Source: a virus (Duplodnaviria; Heunggongvirae; Uroviricota; Caudoviricetes). Taken from it: 24,683 bases of DNA. This document shows positions 9,287 through 17,308 of this stretch, piece after piece. Every line of letters starts with the position of its first letter. Position 1 is the stretch's first letter. The notes under the pieces were generated by a model. It saw only the letters and a program-made list of their open reading frames with translations, did no database searches and was not told the DNA's origin. The translations under genes and the position numbers were made by a program. The stretch spans positions 1-24,683 of IMG/VR virus record IMGVR_UViG_2512047041_000007; one strand, 5' to 3'.

Positions 9287-10836
9287 CAGGCAGCCCTCAC
9301 GATATAGTTAAATGCAATATTCCGTGGACGGGTTTCATTTATCCCATATGCTGTTGTTCTCTGATTCCCGACAAAATATCCATTTGGATTAGAAGATACA
9401 GAATAATCATCAAAATCAAGTGGGCTATCAGCACCCGGCGTCAGGCTTGCAATATATCCTCTTCCCATAACTTCTGATGCTGGTATTTCTTTTGTACGAT
9501 AATCACTAACTCTGAAGAGCTGCCCTTGGTGGGTGTGTGATTCCACTCCTCCATTCTGAAGACTTAGCAAGGCACGTACAGCATCAATACCACGCCCGTC
9601 ATCCCAGCCACGAATAAACTCACCACGTAAATCAGGCAATTTATTTGTCGGATAAGCCTTTGCCAGTTCCGGGTATTCTTCAGCAGAAAAAGCGGCACCG
9701 TTGCATTTCAGCCAGCCTGTTGGCGGAGTGGCTGAAGGCCACGGAACAGGCACCCCAACCGGTAATGCAGAGCCTTCTCCCAAACCAAGGTATGTGAGAA
9801 GACCAGCTACATCCTTTCCACTCAAATTGGTAAGCGTATTGTCCAGCGGTTGTTTACCTGCCAGCGCATTAAGCATTGTCGTGGCAAAGTTCGGATCATT
9901 CCCCAGTGCCGCCGCCAGTTCGTTCAGTGTATCCAGTGCAGCAGGTGCAGAACCCACCATTCCTGCAATCGCCGATTTCACAAAAGCCGTAGTGGCAATC
10001 TGTGTATTGTTGACCGACTGCGCCGCCGTGGGGGCTGTTGGCGTTCCGGTGAGTGCCGGACTCGACAACGGTGCTTTTAGTGCCAGCGCATTGTTAATGG
10101 TGGTACTGAAATTCGGATCATTGTTAATGGCTGCGGCTATTTCTTTCAGCGTGTCCAGCGTGGCTGGCGCACCATTAATAAGGGCCGTCAGTGCCGCCTG
10201 TACAAACGCAGTGGTCGCAACCTGCGTGGTATTATTCCCCGCCGCTGGCGTTGGCGCTTTGGGGGTTCCGGTAAATGTCGGGCTGGCTTTTGGCGCGTAC
10301 TGTGAATGCGGGTCCGGTGCGGCAAGATGTTTTGCCATCTGATCATCCGCGTACACCTTCAGCTCCAGTGCCTTGTCATCCACATACTTGCGGGTTGCCA
10401 GCACTACAGCAGGGTCGATTTTCAGGGTGATATTGTCCGTGCTGCTGGTAATCAGCACCATGCGCACGGTCTGAGTGCGCCCGCTACCTTCAGCCAGTTG
10501 CGGCTTATAGCTTTCCGGGCAGTTGCCCACGGCAATCAATGCACCTGACTCATCAAACAGGCCCACTTCACGTATCCACCAACCGCCCTCGTTTTCAGGG
10601 ATCACCTGTTCGGCAATAATCTGGCTGCTGTTCTGCGGGTCGATATAAAGCATATTCAGCGCAGCCCGGCGTTTCTCATTTACCAGTGCCGTCTGCTTTG
10701 CGTCCGGCGTTGGCAATACTCCACCGCCATCGCCCACCGCCATATGGGTAATTTTTAGCGGCACACCGAGCGCGGCGGCGCTGGCAAGTTTCGCCGCGCC
10801 AATATCCGTCAGCAGGGTATAAAATTTTGTGCTCAT
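9286..10836 (-). CDS. H: Tail fibre protein H (constant N-terminal part plus currently fused variable C-terminus)
   Basis: 516-aa ORF with a P2 gpH-like N-terminus, an internal pair of about 50-aa repeats, and the crossover site inside the codons for LTYLGLGE. Confidence 0.9.
   Translation of the reverse strand: MSTKFYTLLTDIGAAKLASAAALGVPLKITHMAVGDGGGVLPTPDAKQTALVNEKRRAALNMLYIDPQNSSQIIAEQVIPENEGGWWIREVGLFDESGALIAVGNCPESYKPQLAEGSGRTQTVRMVLITSSTDNITLKIDPAVVLATRKYVDDKALELKVYADDQMAKHLAAPDPHSQYAPKASPTFTGTPKAPTPAAGNNTTQVATTAFVQAALTALINGAPATLDTLKEIAAAINNDPNFSTTINNALALKAPLSSPALTGTPTAPTAAQSVNNTQIATTAFVKSAIAGMVGSAPAALDTLNELAAALGNDPNFATTMLNALAGKQPLDNTLTNLSGKDVAGLLTYLGLGEGSALPVGVPVPWPSATPPTGWLKCNGAAFSAEEYPELAKAYPTNKLPDLRGEFIRGWDDGRGIDAVRALLSLQNGGVESHTHQGQLFRVSDYRTKEIPASEVMGRGYIASLTPGADSPLDFDDYSVSSNPNGYFVGNQRTTAYGINETRPRNIAFNYIVRAA
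9775..9800. other. 26-bp invertase crossover site inside gene H
   Basis: ttctcccaaacc-aa-ggtatgtgagaa; first 14 bp identical to the reverse complement of the 7912-7937 site, giving an inverted-repeat pair. Confidence 0.65.
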
Positions 10837-11438
10837 GGATTCACTCTCATTGTGTCAATAACATGGACCGCCCCGCCTTCATGCGCGGTGCCACCGGAAA
10901 TAATCGTTTCGTTGATATACGGATAGATCGTGATTTCTTCGCCAAGATAGCTGGCGGCTCCCACCCAATGCGGGCCGCTGGTCTGCAGATTGATGGACAT
11001 GCCGATCATGTGGCGGCTACATGGTTTGGCATCGCTTATCAGTCGCTCAAGTTCCAGATAGGTATCTTCAGTGATGCCCTGGTCCTGCACGCCGATATCC
11101 AGGCGAAACGTGCCCGGTGTTTCTCCGGTCTGCCACAACTCAATAATGCGGATCAGGAATCCGAACGGCTCCACCACCCGCCGCACGGCACTGGTGGTCC
11201 CTTTATGCTGATGAATATAAAAAGCATCCTTCACCACCTGGCGCTTGACGCTTTCTGTCCAGCCCTCGTCCCAGCGATCCACAGAGAACGCCCAGGCGAG
11301 ATAAGGCAGGAAACTGACCGGACAGGTTGCCGGATTCCACAAATCACGAAGCGGCACCTGCAGATCAGAAATCCCGCTGCAGGTTTGCGCCAGTCGGCAC
11401 TCCAGTGGTGTTGAACCCGGTGGCAGCAGACTATTCAT
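10833..11438 (-). CDS. I: Baseplate protein I
   Basis: 201-aa ORF between J and H, P2 gpI-like; overlapping start/stop with neighbours. Confidence 0.88.
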   Translation of the reverse strand: MNSLLPPGSTPLECRLAQTCSGISDLQVPLRDLWNPATCPVSFLPYLAWAFSVDRWDEGWTESVKRQVVKDAFYIHQHKGTTSAVRRVVEPFGFLIRIIELWQTGETPGTFRLDIGVQDQGITEDTYLELERLISDAKPCSRHMIGMSINLQTSGPHWVGAASYLGEEITIYPYINETIISGGTAHEGGAVHVIDTMRVNP

Positions 11439-12339
11439 CCGTTCCTCCGTTGGTTACGCTCCACTGCGTACATGATGCCGCCTGTGTTTTGTTCAGGACC
11501 ACATCCGCCAGAGGAGAAGCCAGCTCCACACGCTGCACCCCCTCAACATGCAGGGCGGCAAAGATGGCGCTACGGCGAATATCCCGACCAAGACGCGTCT
11601 GACTGGCGATGTACTTCTGCAGGCTGGCTTTTGCCGCTGCCATTACCGGCTCTGCTTCCGGTCCAGGATAGAGAAAAATGGTGGCTTCCACGCGATACGG
11701 GATGATTTCTGCGCTGCGAACCGTAAGACGGTCAGCCACCGGGCGGACGTTCTCACTGTTCAGAGCTTTTTCCACCACGTCCAGCAGGTCTTTTTCTGCA
11801 GTTCCATCGCCTTCGCGGCTAAGGACAGTCAGCACCACCTCTGCAGGTGCCGGGCTGGTTGCACTGGCATCCGCCACCCGACCGTCGGCGCTTCGGGCAT
11901 GAAATTCATAAGCTGCAGTTGGCCCCGCAACAGAAAGCCCTTCAAAGGCTGCAGGCACACGCAGGCGCAACGCTTCATCGCTTTCCATCACAGCTGCAAC
12001 GGGCGGCACAGCATCATTATCAGCAGGCGTCACCGTCAGGCGTGTCACGTTGTAGTTGGCAGCGAGCTGGTCAAGATCGCCGCCCATCGCGTAAGCCACC
12101 ATCACCGCCTGCGCGGCTTCGTTAATGCGCTGGCGCAGAAGCAACTCACGGTAAGCGTTCTCCTGCAACAATTTAGTGGCGGGTTCAGATTCCAGTTCCA
12201 GCGTGCGGATCACTGCTTCCTGCTCATCTTTCGGATGAAGCGCCACAAATTCTGCCTTGCGTTCGGCAAGCAGCGTCTCAAAGTCCGGCACATCCACAAT
12301 CTGCGGTGCAGGCAACTGCGAAAGGTCAATCACTGCCAT
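11431..12339 (-). CDS. J: Baseplate assembly protein J
   Basis: Start placed at MAVIDLSQLPAP, which matches the remembered P2 gpJ N-terminus; the ORF extends 13 codons further upstream to 12378. Confidence 0.88.
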   Translation of the reverse strand: MAVIDLSQLPAPQIVDVPDFETLLAERKAEFVALHPKDEQEAVIRTLELESEPATKLLQENAYRELLLRQRINEAAQAVMVAYAMGGDLDQLAANYNVTRLTVTPADNDAVPPVAAVMESDEALRLRVPAAFEGLSVAGPTAAYEFHARSADGRVADASATSPAPAEVVLTVLSREGDGTAEKDLLDVVEKALNSENVRPVADRLTVRSAEIIPYRVEATIFLYPGPEAEPVMAAAKASLQKYIASQTRLGRDIRRSAIFAALHVEGVQRVELASPLADVVLNKTQAASCTQWSVTNGGTDE

Positions 12340-12685
12340 TCTCTGCTCCTGTTGATACGGAAAGGGACACAGGCACACCGTTATTCCGCCGCCCGGTCAG
12401 CTCCACCACCATTGAACCGTCAAAATTGCTGTTGATGGTGATGGAATCCAGCGTCAACCGTGGCTCCCAGCGACTCAGCGCCACATACACTGCCGACATG
12501 ACCTGCAGGCGTAATGCCGGATTTTGTGGCTGATCTATCAGTGCCGACAGCAGGGAACCATATTCCCGGCGGGCAATACGGCTACCCTGCGGTGTCAGCA
12601 GAATGTCCCGCACCGACTGGCGCAGATGATCAATATCAGTAATGACTTTGCCGCTGGTATTGTTCATCCCGCTATAAAGCGTCAT
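12326..12685 (-). CDS. W: Baseplate protein W (gp25-like)
   Basis: 119-aa ORF between V and J, size and position of P2 gpW. Confidence 0.88.
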   Translation of the reverse strand: MTLYSGMNNTSGKVITDIDHLRQSVRDILLTPQGSRIARREYGSLLSALIDQPQNPALRLQVMSAVYVALSRWEPRLTLDSITINSNFDGSMVVELTGRRNNGVPVSLSVSTGAENGSD

Positions 12686-13260
12686 ACCGGGCCTCCGGTT
12701 GTATCGCCGCCTTTCAGGACGCCAGTATGCTGATGCGCATCAACCACGATCCCGTTAGAACTCATCGCTCCGCCGCCCTGGGTAACGCCACCATTGATCA
12801 CCACTTCGCTGTTAATGCGCGTGCGGTCAGCCTCCAGTACAAACTCACTGGTTTTCATGGTGATGTTGTCAGCAGCCTCAATGACCATTGATTTGATGCC
12901 CCTGACATACCAGCGCCCGGTGGCGGGTTCGTATTCAAACCAGCCACCGTCAGGATGTTCTGTCACGCAGGCGTCCGCCGACGTCGACGGTGGTGCGAAC
13001 TGATTCGAATAGACAGCGGGCAGCGCAAAGGCGGTTTCCAGATTGCCGCCCAGACTCAGCAGCACCACCTGCTCACCTTCCGATGGTCGCCACCATGTAC
13101 GGGCATTCCCGGCACGCAGCGTCAGCCAGCTGATCCAGTTGGTTTCAAGCTCGCCCGTTTTCACCCGGCAAAGCCAGTTTTCCCTGTCCACTTCGGTGAC
13201 TACCCCTGTGCGGATCAGGTTGGTGATAAGGCGCATGATTTCGGTTAATTGTGCGTTCAT
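12682..13260 (-). CDS. V: Baseplate spike/hub protein V
   Basis: 192-aa ORF, first gene after a late-promoter dyad, P2 gpV-like. Confidence 0.88.
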   Translation of the reverse strand: MNAQLTEIMRLITNLIRTGVVTEVDRENWLCRVKTGELETNWISWLTLRAGNARTWWRPSEGEQVVLLSLGGNLETAFALPAVYSNQFAPPSTSADACVTEHPDGGWFEYEPATGRWYVRGIKSMVIEAADNITMKTSEFVLEADRTRINSEVVINGGVTQGGGAMSSNGIVVDAHQHTGVLKGGDTTGGPV

Positions 13261-13306
13261 AGGGAAAGGTTGCCATCAGGGGAAGAAAGGCGGCAGTGCT
13301 GCAACT

Positions 13307-13324
13307 TGTATCAGTGCTGATACA
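13307..13324 (-). promoter_or_regulatory. Candidate Ogr-dependent late promoter element upstream of V
   Basis: Near-perfect palindrome TTGTATCAGTGCTGATACAA containing TGT-N12-ACA, 47-64 bp upstream of the V start, in the S-V intergenic gap. Confidence 0.55.
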
Positions 13325-13328
13325 AAGA

Positions 13329-13775
13329 TCACCCCGCCAGCCATTGCAGAATCATGTCGCGGGTCATTGCCTCAACATCATCATTTACACCCAGAAGGCG
13401 ACGCTCTGCGTAACGCACCTCCGGTCCCTTACGACTGACGCGATCTCGCAGGCCGTAATGGTGAACGCGGGCAATGCGCTGCACCTTGCCTTCAAACTGC
13501 ACGCTGGCAGAGTCGGCGCTGGCGGAAGTTTTCAGGTATTTTGTGGTGCGCAGCTTTGCAAACATCTGACGTTTGATACGGCCTTTTTTACTGCGTGCTG
13601 TTACCCGTCGCGGTTCATAACTGCTGCCATCTGGATTGCGCTGCATTCTGATATTTTGCTGCTGTGTCCGGCGTAGTTCCTGCGCCAGCTGGCGCATCAT
13701 GCGGCTTCTTGCGGCTGGCTCCAGATTCGCCAGCAAGGCACTCAGCCAGTCGTCCACTTTCTGCAGTTCAGCCAC
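13329..13775 (-). CDS. S: Tail completion protein S
   Basis: 148-aa ORF, P2 gpS-like in size and position; 8-bp overlap with R. Confidence 0.85.
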   Translation of the reverse strand: MAELQKVDDWLSALLANLEPAARSRMMRQLAQELRRTQQQNIRMQRNPDGSSYEPRRVTARSKKGRIKRQMFAKLRTTKYLKTSASADSASVQFEGKVQRIARVHHYGLRDRVSRKGPEVRYAERRLLGVNDDVEAMTRDMILQWLAG

Positions 13776-14301
13776 GTTTCACCGTCCACATTTCTTCAGG
13801 TTCATCAGGTTCCGCTATAGCTTCAACGCTCGACACACTGCCGTCAGTGCTGACCAGCACACGCTCCGTCAGTTGCAGGTTGAGGCTGATATCACAGACA
13901 TCGTTGCGCAGAATATCCACCTCAAAGGTGAATAGCTTTTCCCGTAACGCCGGGTTATGGTTGAGGCTGATATCACAGACATCGTTGCGCAGAATATCCA
14001 CCTCAAAGGTGAATAGCTTTTCCCGTAACGCCGGGTTATTGATGGCATCGGGCTGGTTATCACGCAGCCACAGCAAAACCGGGGCCATCAGCAGATTCTG
14101 GTCGCCGCTGAAATCCTCAATCACCACGTTCAGGGTGTAGCGGTACTCCCATGACATGGAGCTGGCCCCCGTGGCAACCAGCGAACCGTTATCCACAAAC
14201 AGATGCAGTTTGTCCGGGTTATTGCGGACATAAGGCACCGCTTTATTGAGGGCGTGGCGCAGGGATTGTGGTTTGTTCACTGTTTCGCTCCTGACACGCA
14301 A
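13768..14301 (-). CDS. R: Tail completion protein R, carrying an in-frame 27-aa tandem duplication
   Basis: 177-aa ORF; subtracting the duplicated 27 residues gives about 150 aa, close to P2 gpR. Confidence 0.85.
   Translation of the reverse strand: MRVRSETVNKPQSLRHALNKAVPYVRNNPDKLHLFVDNGSLVATGASSMSWEYRYTLNVVIEDFSGDQNLLMAPVLLWLRDNQPDAINNPALREKLFTFEVDILRNDVCDISLNHNPALREKLFTFEVDILRNDVCDISLNLQLTERVLVSTDGSVSSVEAIAEPDEPEEMWTVKRG
13878..14039. repeat. Perfect tandem direct duplication, 2 x 81 bp, inside gene R
   Basis: Positions 13878-13958 and 13959-14039 are identical base for base; flanking bases differ at both ends. Confidence 0.95.
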
Positions 14302-14533
14302 TAATCATGTCCACTTTGTCTGCACAGACCGCCCAGGCGGCCTCCGTTTCATCCAGCAACGCATTCAGATCACCGTTAGTGCGCGGTGCTGCCTGCTCCA
14401 GCCGACACGGCGTCACTCGCGGACAACCACTGACGGTAAGCTGCACCTCCGGTGAGTGCCGGACGTTCCCGCAGCCGGATAATGTCAGCAGGCAAAGGAG
14501 TATCAGCCCAGTGGCGTAAATCCTCGTTCTCAC
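14243..14533 (-). CDS. lysC: LysC, outer-membrane lipoprotein spanin (Rz1-like), nested out of frame in lysB and overlapping R
   Basis: 96-aa ORF; N-terminal signal peptide with lipobox LTLSGC; Pro-rich mature part; embedded arrangement typical of Rz/Rz1 pairs. Confidence 0.7.
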   Translation of the reverse strand: MRTRIYATGLILLCLLTLSGCGNVRHSPEVQLTVSGCPRVTPCRLEQAAPRTNGDLNALLDETEAAWAVCADKVDMIIACQERNSEQTTIPAPRPQ

Positions 14534-14804
14534 GTTTCAGTTCCTCGATCCGGCGTTGTCGTTGTCTCAGCTGTGCGCTGGTCTGTTCTGCTTCGGCATA
14601 GAGCCGCGCCTGCTCCCGGTTATTGGTTTCAGTCAGAATGGACAGGCTGATAAGCTGGCTGTTGCTCTTTGCCAGTGCCTGGCTTTTGCTCTGCAGCTCG
14701 TTTGCCTGCGTGCTGATGGTCTGGCTGGCATCAGCCAGCCGCCACGTCTGCCAGCCCAGCGCCGCTAGTAATAACGCCAGCACAACCAGCAGCAACCGGT
14801 TCAT
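14376..14804 (-). CDS. lysB: LysB, inner-membrane spanin (Rz-like)
   Basis: 142-aa ORF, N-terminal transmembrane helix followed by a coiled-coil-rich periplasmic domain. Confidence 0.8.
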   Translation of the reverse strand: MNRLLLVVLALLLAALGWQTWRLADASQTISTQANELQSKSQALAKSNSQLISLSILTETNNREQARLYAEAEQTSAQLRQRQRRIEELKRENEDLRHWADTPLPADIIRLRERPALTGGAAYRQWLSASDAVSAGAGSTAH

Positions 14805-15178
14805 GCTGCTACCTGTTGCGCCATCTGATTACGGGTGATCCAGAAGGCAATAACGGTCAGTAGATAAAAGACCAGGGTAATAGCCCACCCCGTCCATGCG
14901 AGACTTACAACAATCAGCAATCGCATCACCCAACTGATAAATACGTTTTCTTTTCGGGTAATTGTCTTCAGCAAAGATGCCCTTAACTCCTGCCAGAGCG
15001 GGCCATTCTGAATTAACGCAGCCAGTGCTACCGGAATTACCGCCCATGTCAGCAAACAGGCTACCCAAACGCCGGACGCTGCCAGTACCGGAAAGATCCC
15101 CTGCGGATACACCATTGCTGCGATTAACAGCGCCATCCATAACATCAGAAACAGTCCGCTGATTAATTTCTTTTTCAT
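14801..15178 (-). CDS. lysA: LysA-like membrane protein (lysis timing)
   Basis: Start placed at MKKKLISG (AGGGAG Shine-Dalgarno upstream, 1 nt after the endolysin stop); multiple hydrophobic helices. The ORF track gives a longer 149-aa version. Confidence 0.7.
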   Translation of the reverse strand: MKKKLISGLFLMLWMALLIAAMVYPQGIFPVLAASGVWVACLLTWAVIPVALAALIQNGPLWQELRASLLKTITRKENVFISWVMRLLIVVSLAWTGWAITLVFYLLTVIAFWITRNQMAQQVAA

Positions 15179-15179
15179 T

Positions 15180-15692
15180 TCAGTTTGCTCCCTGTAAACA
15201 CCAGGCCATCTCCCGCGCACGGCGGTTATCCAGCCCCTGATTAAACACACCTTTTACATAAACCCAGCGCGGCAACTGTCGGCACGCATCCGCCCAGCGC
15301 CGCTGATTGAGCAATTTCACCAGCGTGGAGCTGCAGGCATTGCCTGTCCCCACGTTGAAGGCAAACGACACCACCGAGTCATACACCTTTTGTGGCGGCT
15401 GTTGCTTCACACATCTTTCCAGCGCCCGCTCCACACGCAGCACGTTGGAGATAAGCCCTTCTGCTGCCTGTCGTTCCGTAATGGTTTTGCCGGGAATGAC
15501 GCCCGACGTATTACCAATGCCGTCAGTCCATACACCCGCGCTGCACTGATAGGGCTGCAGACGACAGCCTTCGTAATCGGCAATCAGTTTCAGTCCCTCC
15601 ACGGAGGTGTGAAGCTGCTGAAAACCCGGCAGCGTGGCAGCAATAGCCAGCACGGTCCCGACAAGGCAGCGTTTAACGATTGATGGATTCAT
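15180..15692 (-). CDS. K: Endolysin, T4-lysozyme-like muramidase with a hydrophobic N-terminal SAR-type segment
   Basis: Motif EGCRLQPYQCSAGVWTDGIGNT parallels the P1 Lyz / P21 R catalytic region; N-terminus VGTVLAIAATLPGF is a weakly hydrophobic helix typical of signal-arrest-release endolysins. Confidence 0.85.
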   Translation of the reverse strand: MNPSIVKRCLVGTVLAIAATLPGFQQLHTSVEGLKLIADYEGCRLQPYQCSAGVWTDGIGNTSGVIPGKTITERQAAEGLISNVLRVERALERCVKQQPPQKVYDSVVSFAFNVGTGNACSSTLVKLLNQRRWADACRQLPRWVYVKGVFNQGLDNRRAREMAWCLQGAN

Positions 15693-15888
15693 AGTCCTCC
15701 CGCGAGATCTGCCCGTCGCGCAGAAGCTGGTAGGCTTTGTGTTTGTAGTACCAGTTGATAGCCAGCATCAGCACACCAATCATCAGGCCGCCCAGCGTTG
15801 AGGCATCCTTGATGGACAAATCGCCCAGCCAGACCAGCACAACGGCGATGCAGTACGTGATAAAGGCGCTGATTCGCTCAAGCGTCAT
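15673..15888 (-). CDS. Y: Small holin (two predicted TMDs, pinholin-like)
   Basis: 71-aa ORF immediately upstream of and overlapping the endolysin; two hydrophobic helices and a charged C-terminus. Confidence 0.72.
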   Translation of the reverse strand: MTLERISAFITYCIAVVLVWLGDLSIKDASTLGGLMIGVLMLAINWYYKHKAYQLLRDGQISREDYESINR

Positions 15889-15891
15889 AAT

Positions 15892-16095
15892 TCAGTCCCA
15901 TAGCTGGACGGTCTGCACGGTGGTGGTTGTCGGAATGTCCGGCAGCTCCACCTGCAGCCCGTGAGGTAAAAAGGGGCCATATTCGGCAAGCCCCGGATTT
16001 GCCTTCAGTACCTGCTCCGTGACACCCTGCGTGCGCCCGTAATGACGCCAGCAAAGCGCGTCCACCGTGTCATACTGATGCGCACGCACTTTCAT
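15892..16095 (-). CDS. X: Tail protein X (LysM-like)
   Basis: 67-aa ORF, same length and position as P2 gpX between L and the holin. Confidence 0.8.
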   Translation of the reverse strand: MKVRAHQYDTVDALCWRHYGRTQGVTEQVLKANPGLAEYGPFLPHGLQVELPDIPTTTTVQTVQLWD

Positions 16096-16559
16096 CAGAT
16101 AAGCTCCACTGTGCAGTGCGGCGCGTCCTGTACCCGGCTGATGGCCCAGCGGGCGTCACGCCATAAATCACCGCTGGCTTCCGCCAGTTCCTCGCCCCGC
16201 TTCACACCGGATGCCGTGGCGTCATAGTCCTGGTAACGTTCGTTGAGCATGGCGCGTGCCCAGCAGTAAACCGCGTTGAAATAGTGCTGAATGCGCTCAC
16301 TTTTGCCGTCCAGCTGTTCCGCCGGAACCTCTGCCAGCGAGGCATACCCCAGCATCTGCTGGCATCTGCGAAACTCATACAGCTCTGCGTTGACCTCCGA
16401 AATTGCCGACAGCGCAACCTGCTTTAAACGCGGCTGCGTCACCGTACCGTCAGTGCGCATCACACTGCGGAACTCCGACAGATCCACATCAGGCCAGAAC
16501 GGCGTATTCCTGATGATTTCCGCCTGTTCCGGTGCCTGTTCTGGCGCAACAAACTTCAT
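16095..16559 (-). CDS. L: Head completion protein L
   Basis: P2 gpL-like; start chosen at the ATG preceded by GGAGA (MKFVAPEQ). The ORF extends to a GTG at 16622 that lacks a ribosome-binding site. Confidence 0.78.
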   Translation of the reverse strand: MKFVAPEQAPEQAEIIRNTPFWPDVDLSEFRSVMRTDGTVTQPRLKQVALSAISEVNAELYEFRRCQQMLGYASLAEVPAEQLDGKSERIQHYFNAVYCWARAMLNERYQDYDATASGVKRGEELAEASGDLWRDARWAISRVQDAPHCTVELI

Positions 16560-16654
16560 GCTGCTTTCTCCTGAGATAGAGGGCGGTGGACGGGGTTTTG
16601 ATGTGGCAGTGCCTTTCGCCACCCCGTGCCGCCCGTGCGCGGGGGCACGTTCTG

Positions 16655-17305
16655 TCAGCGGCTGTCATTGCGCAGTCTGCGCTCCAGCTGCTGTTTGTCT
16701 TTTTTCACGCCACAGCGGGGATCGAGCTGTAACGCATGGTTGAGATGATTAAGGGCGGAAGCCGGATTACTTTCACTCAGGACAGCGCCAATCGCTTTAT
16801 GCAGACGCGCCCGTGACTGGTCCGGCATGTCCAGACCGTCTGTCAGCTCCAGCGTCTGCAGCAACAGATCGACATCAAAGCCGGTAGTGGCAAGCATTGC
16901 GCTCTGTGCCGCGTCTGCCATTTCCTCTGCCAGCACGGTTTGCACATTGCGGTTACCCAGCGGCATCACCCAGCCATGACGCAGGGCATGACGCCCGATC
17001 TCCAGCGCCCCGGCATAATCTCCGGCATCAATGCGCCACAGCATCACGTACATCAGCACGTCATCCTGTTGAGCGCCTCCGGCAGCCAGAACACCCTCTG
17101 CCCAGGCGGCGTATTTCGGCAGCAGCTCCACCTTGATTTCCGCTTTTTTGACCGTGGACTGAACGCCCTTGAGACGGCGGCGATCTTCCGCCAGTTGCAG
17201 CAGCATCAGGTCATAGCCCGACGCGTGGCGAACGCTGCCGCCCTCACGGGCGGCCTGTTCAGCCTGAACGCGCAGGCGATGCTGCCGTGCGGGACTCAGG
17301 CTCAT
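16655..17305 (-). CDS. M: Terminase small (endonuclease) subunit M
   Basis: 216-aa ORF downstream of the capsid gene, P2 gpM-like. Confidence 0.82.
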   Translation of the reverse strand: MSLSPARQHRLRVQAEQAAREGGSVRHASGYDLMLLQLAEDRRRLKGVQSTVKKAEIKVELLPKYAAWAEGVLAAGGAQQDDVLMYVMLWRIDAGDYAGALEIGRHALRHGWVMPLGNRNVQTVLAEEMADAAQSAMLATTGFDVDLLLQTLELTDGLDMPDQSRARLHKAIGAVLSESNPASALNHLNHALQLDPRCGVKKDKQQLERRLRNDSR

Positions 17306-17308
17306 GAA

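Larger units (their letters stand above)
7912..9800. other. Invertible tail-fibre segment (about 1.9 kb) bounded by inverted crossover sites
   Basis: Inverted 26-bp sites at both ends, convergent alternative fibre C-terminus and assembly-gene pairs inside, invertase gene immediately outside; same logic as Mu G / P1 C / e14 P segments. Confidence 0.6.

Noticed and set aside
13878-14039. Possible CRISPR-like or minisatellite array
   Set aside because: Only two copies, 81 bp each, directly adjacent with no spacers and in frame within a gene; this is a tandem duplication, not a CRISPR array.
16560-16622. Longer head completion protein L starting at GTG 16622
   Set aside because: The downstream ATG at 16559 has a GGAGA ribosome-binding site at good spacing, whereas the GTG has none.
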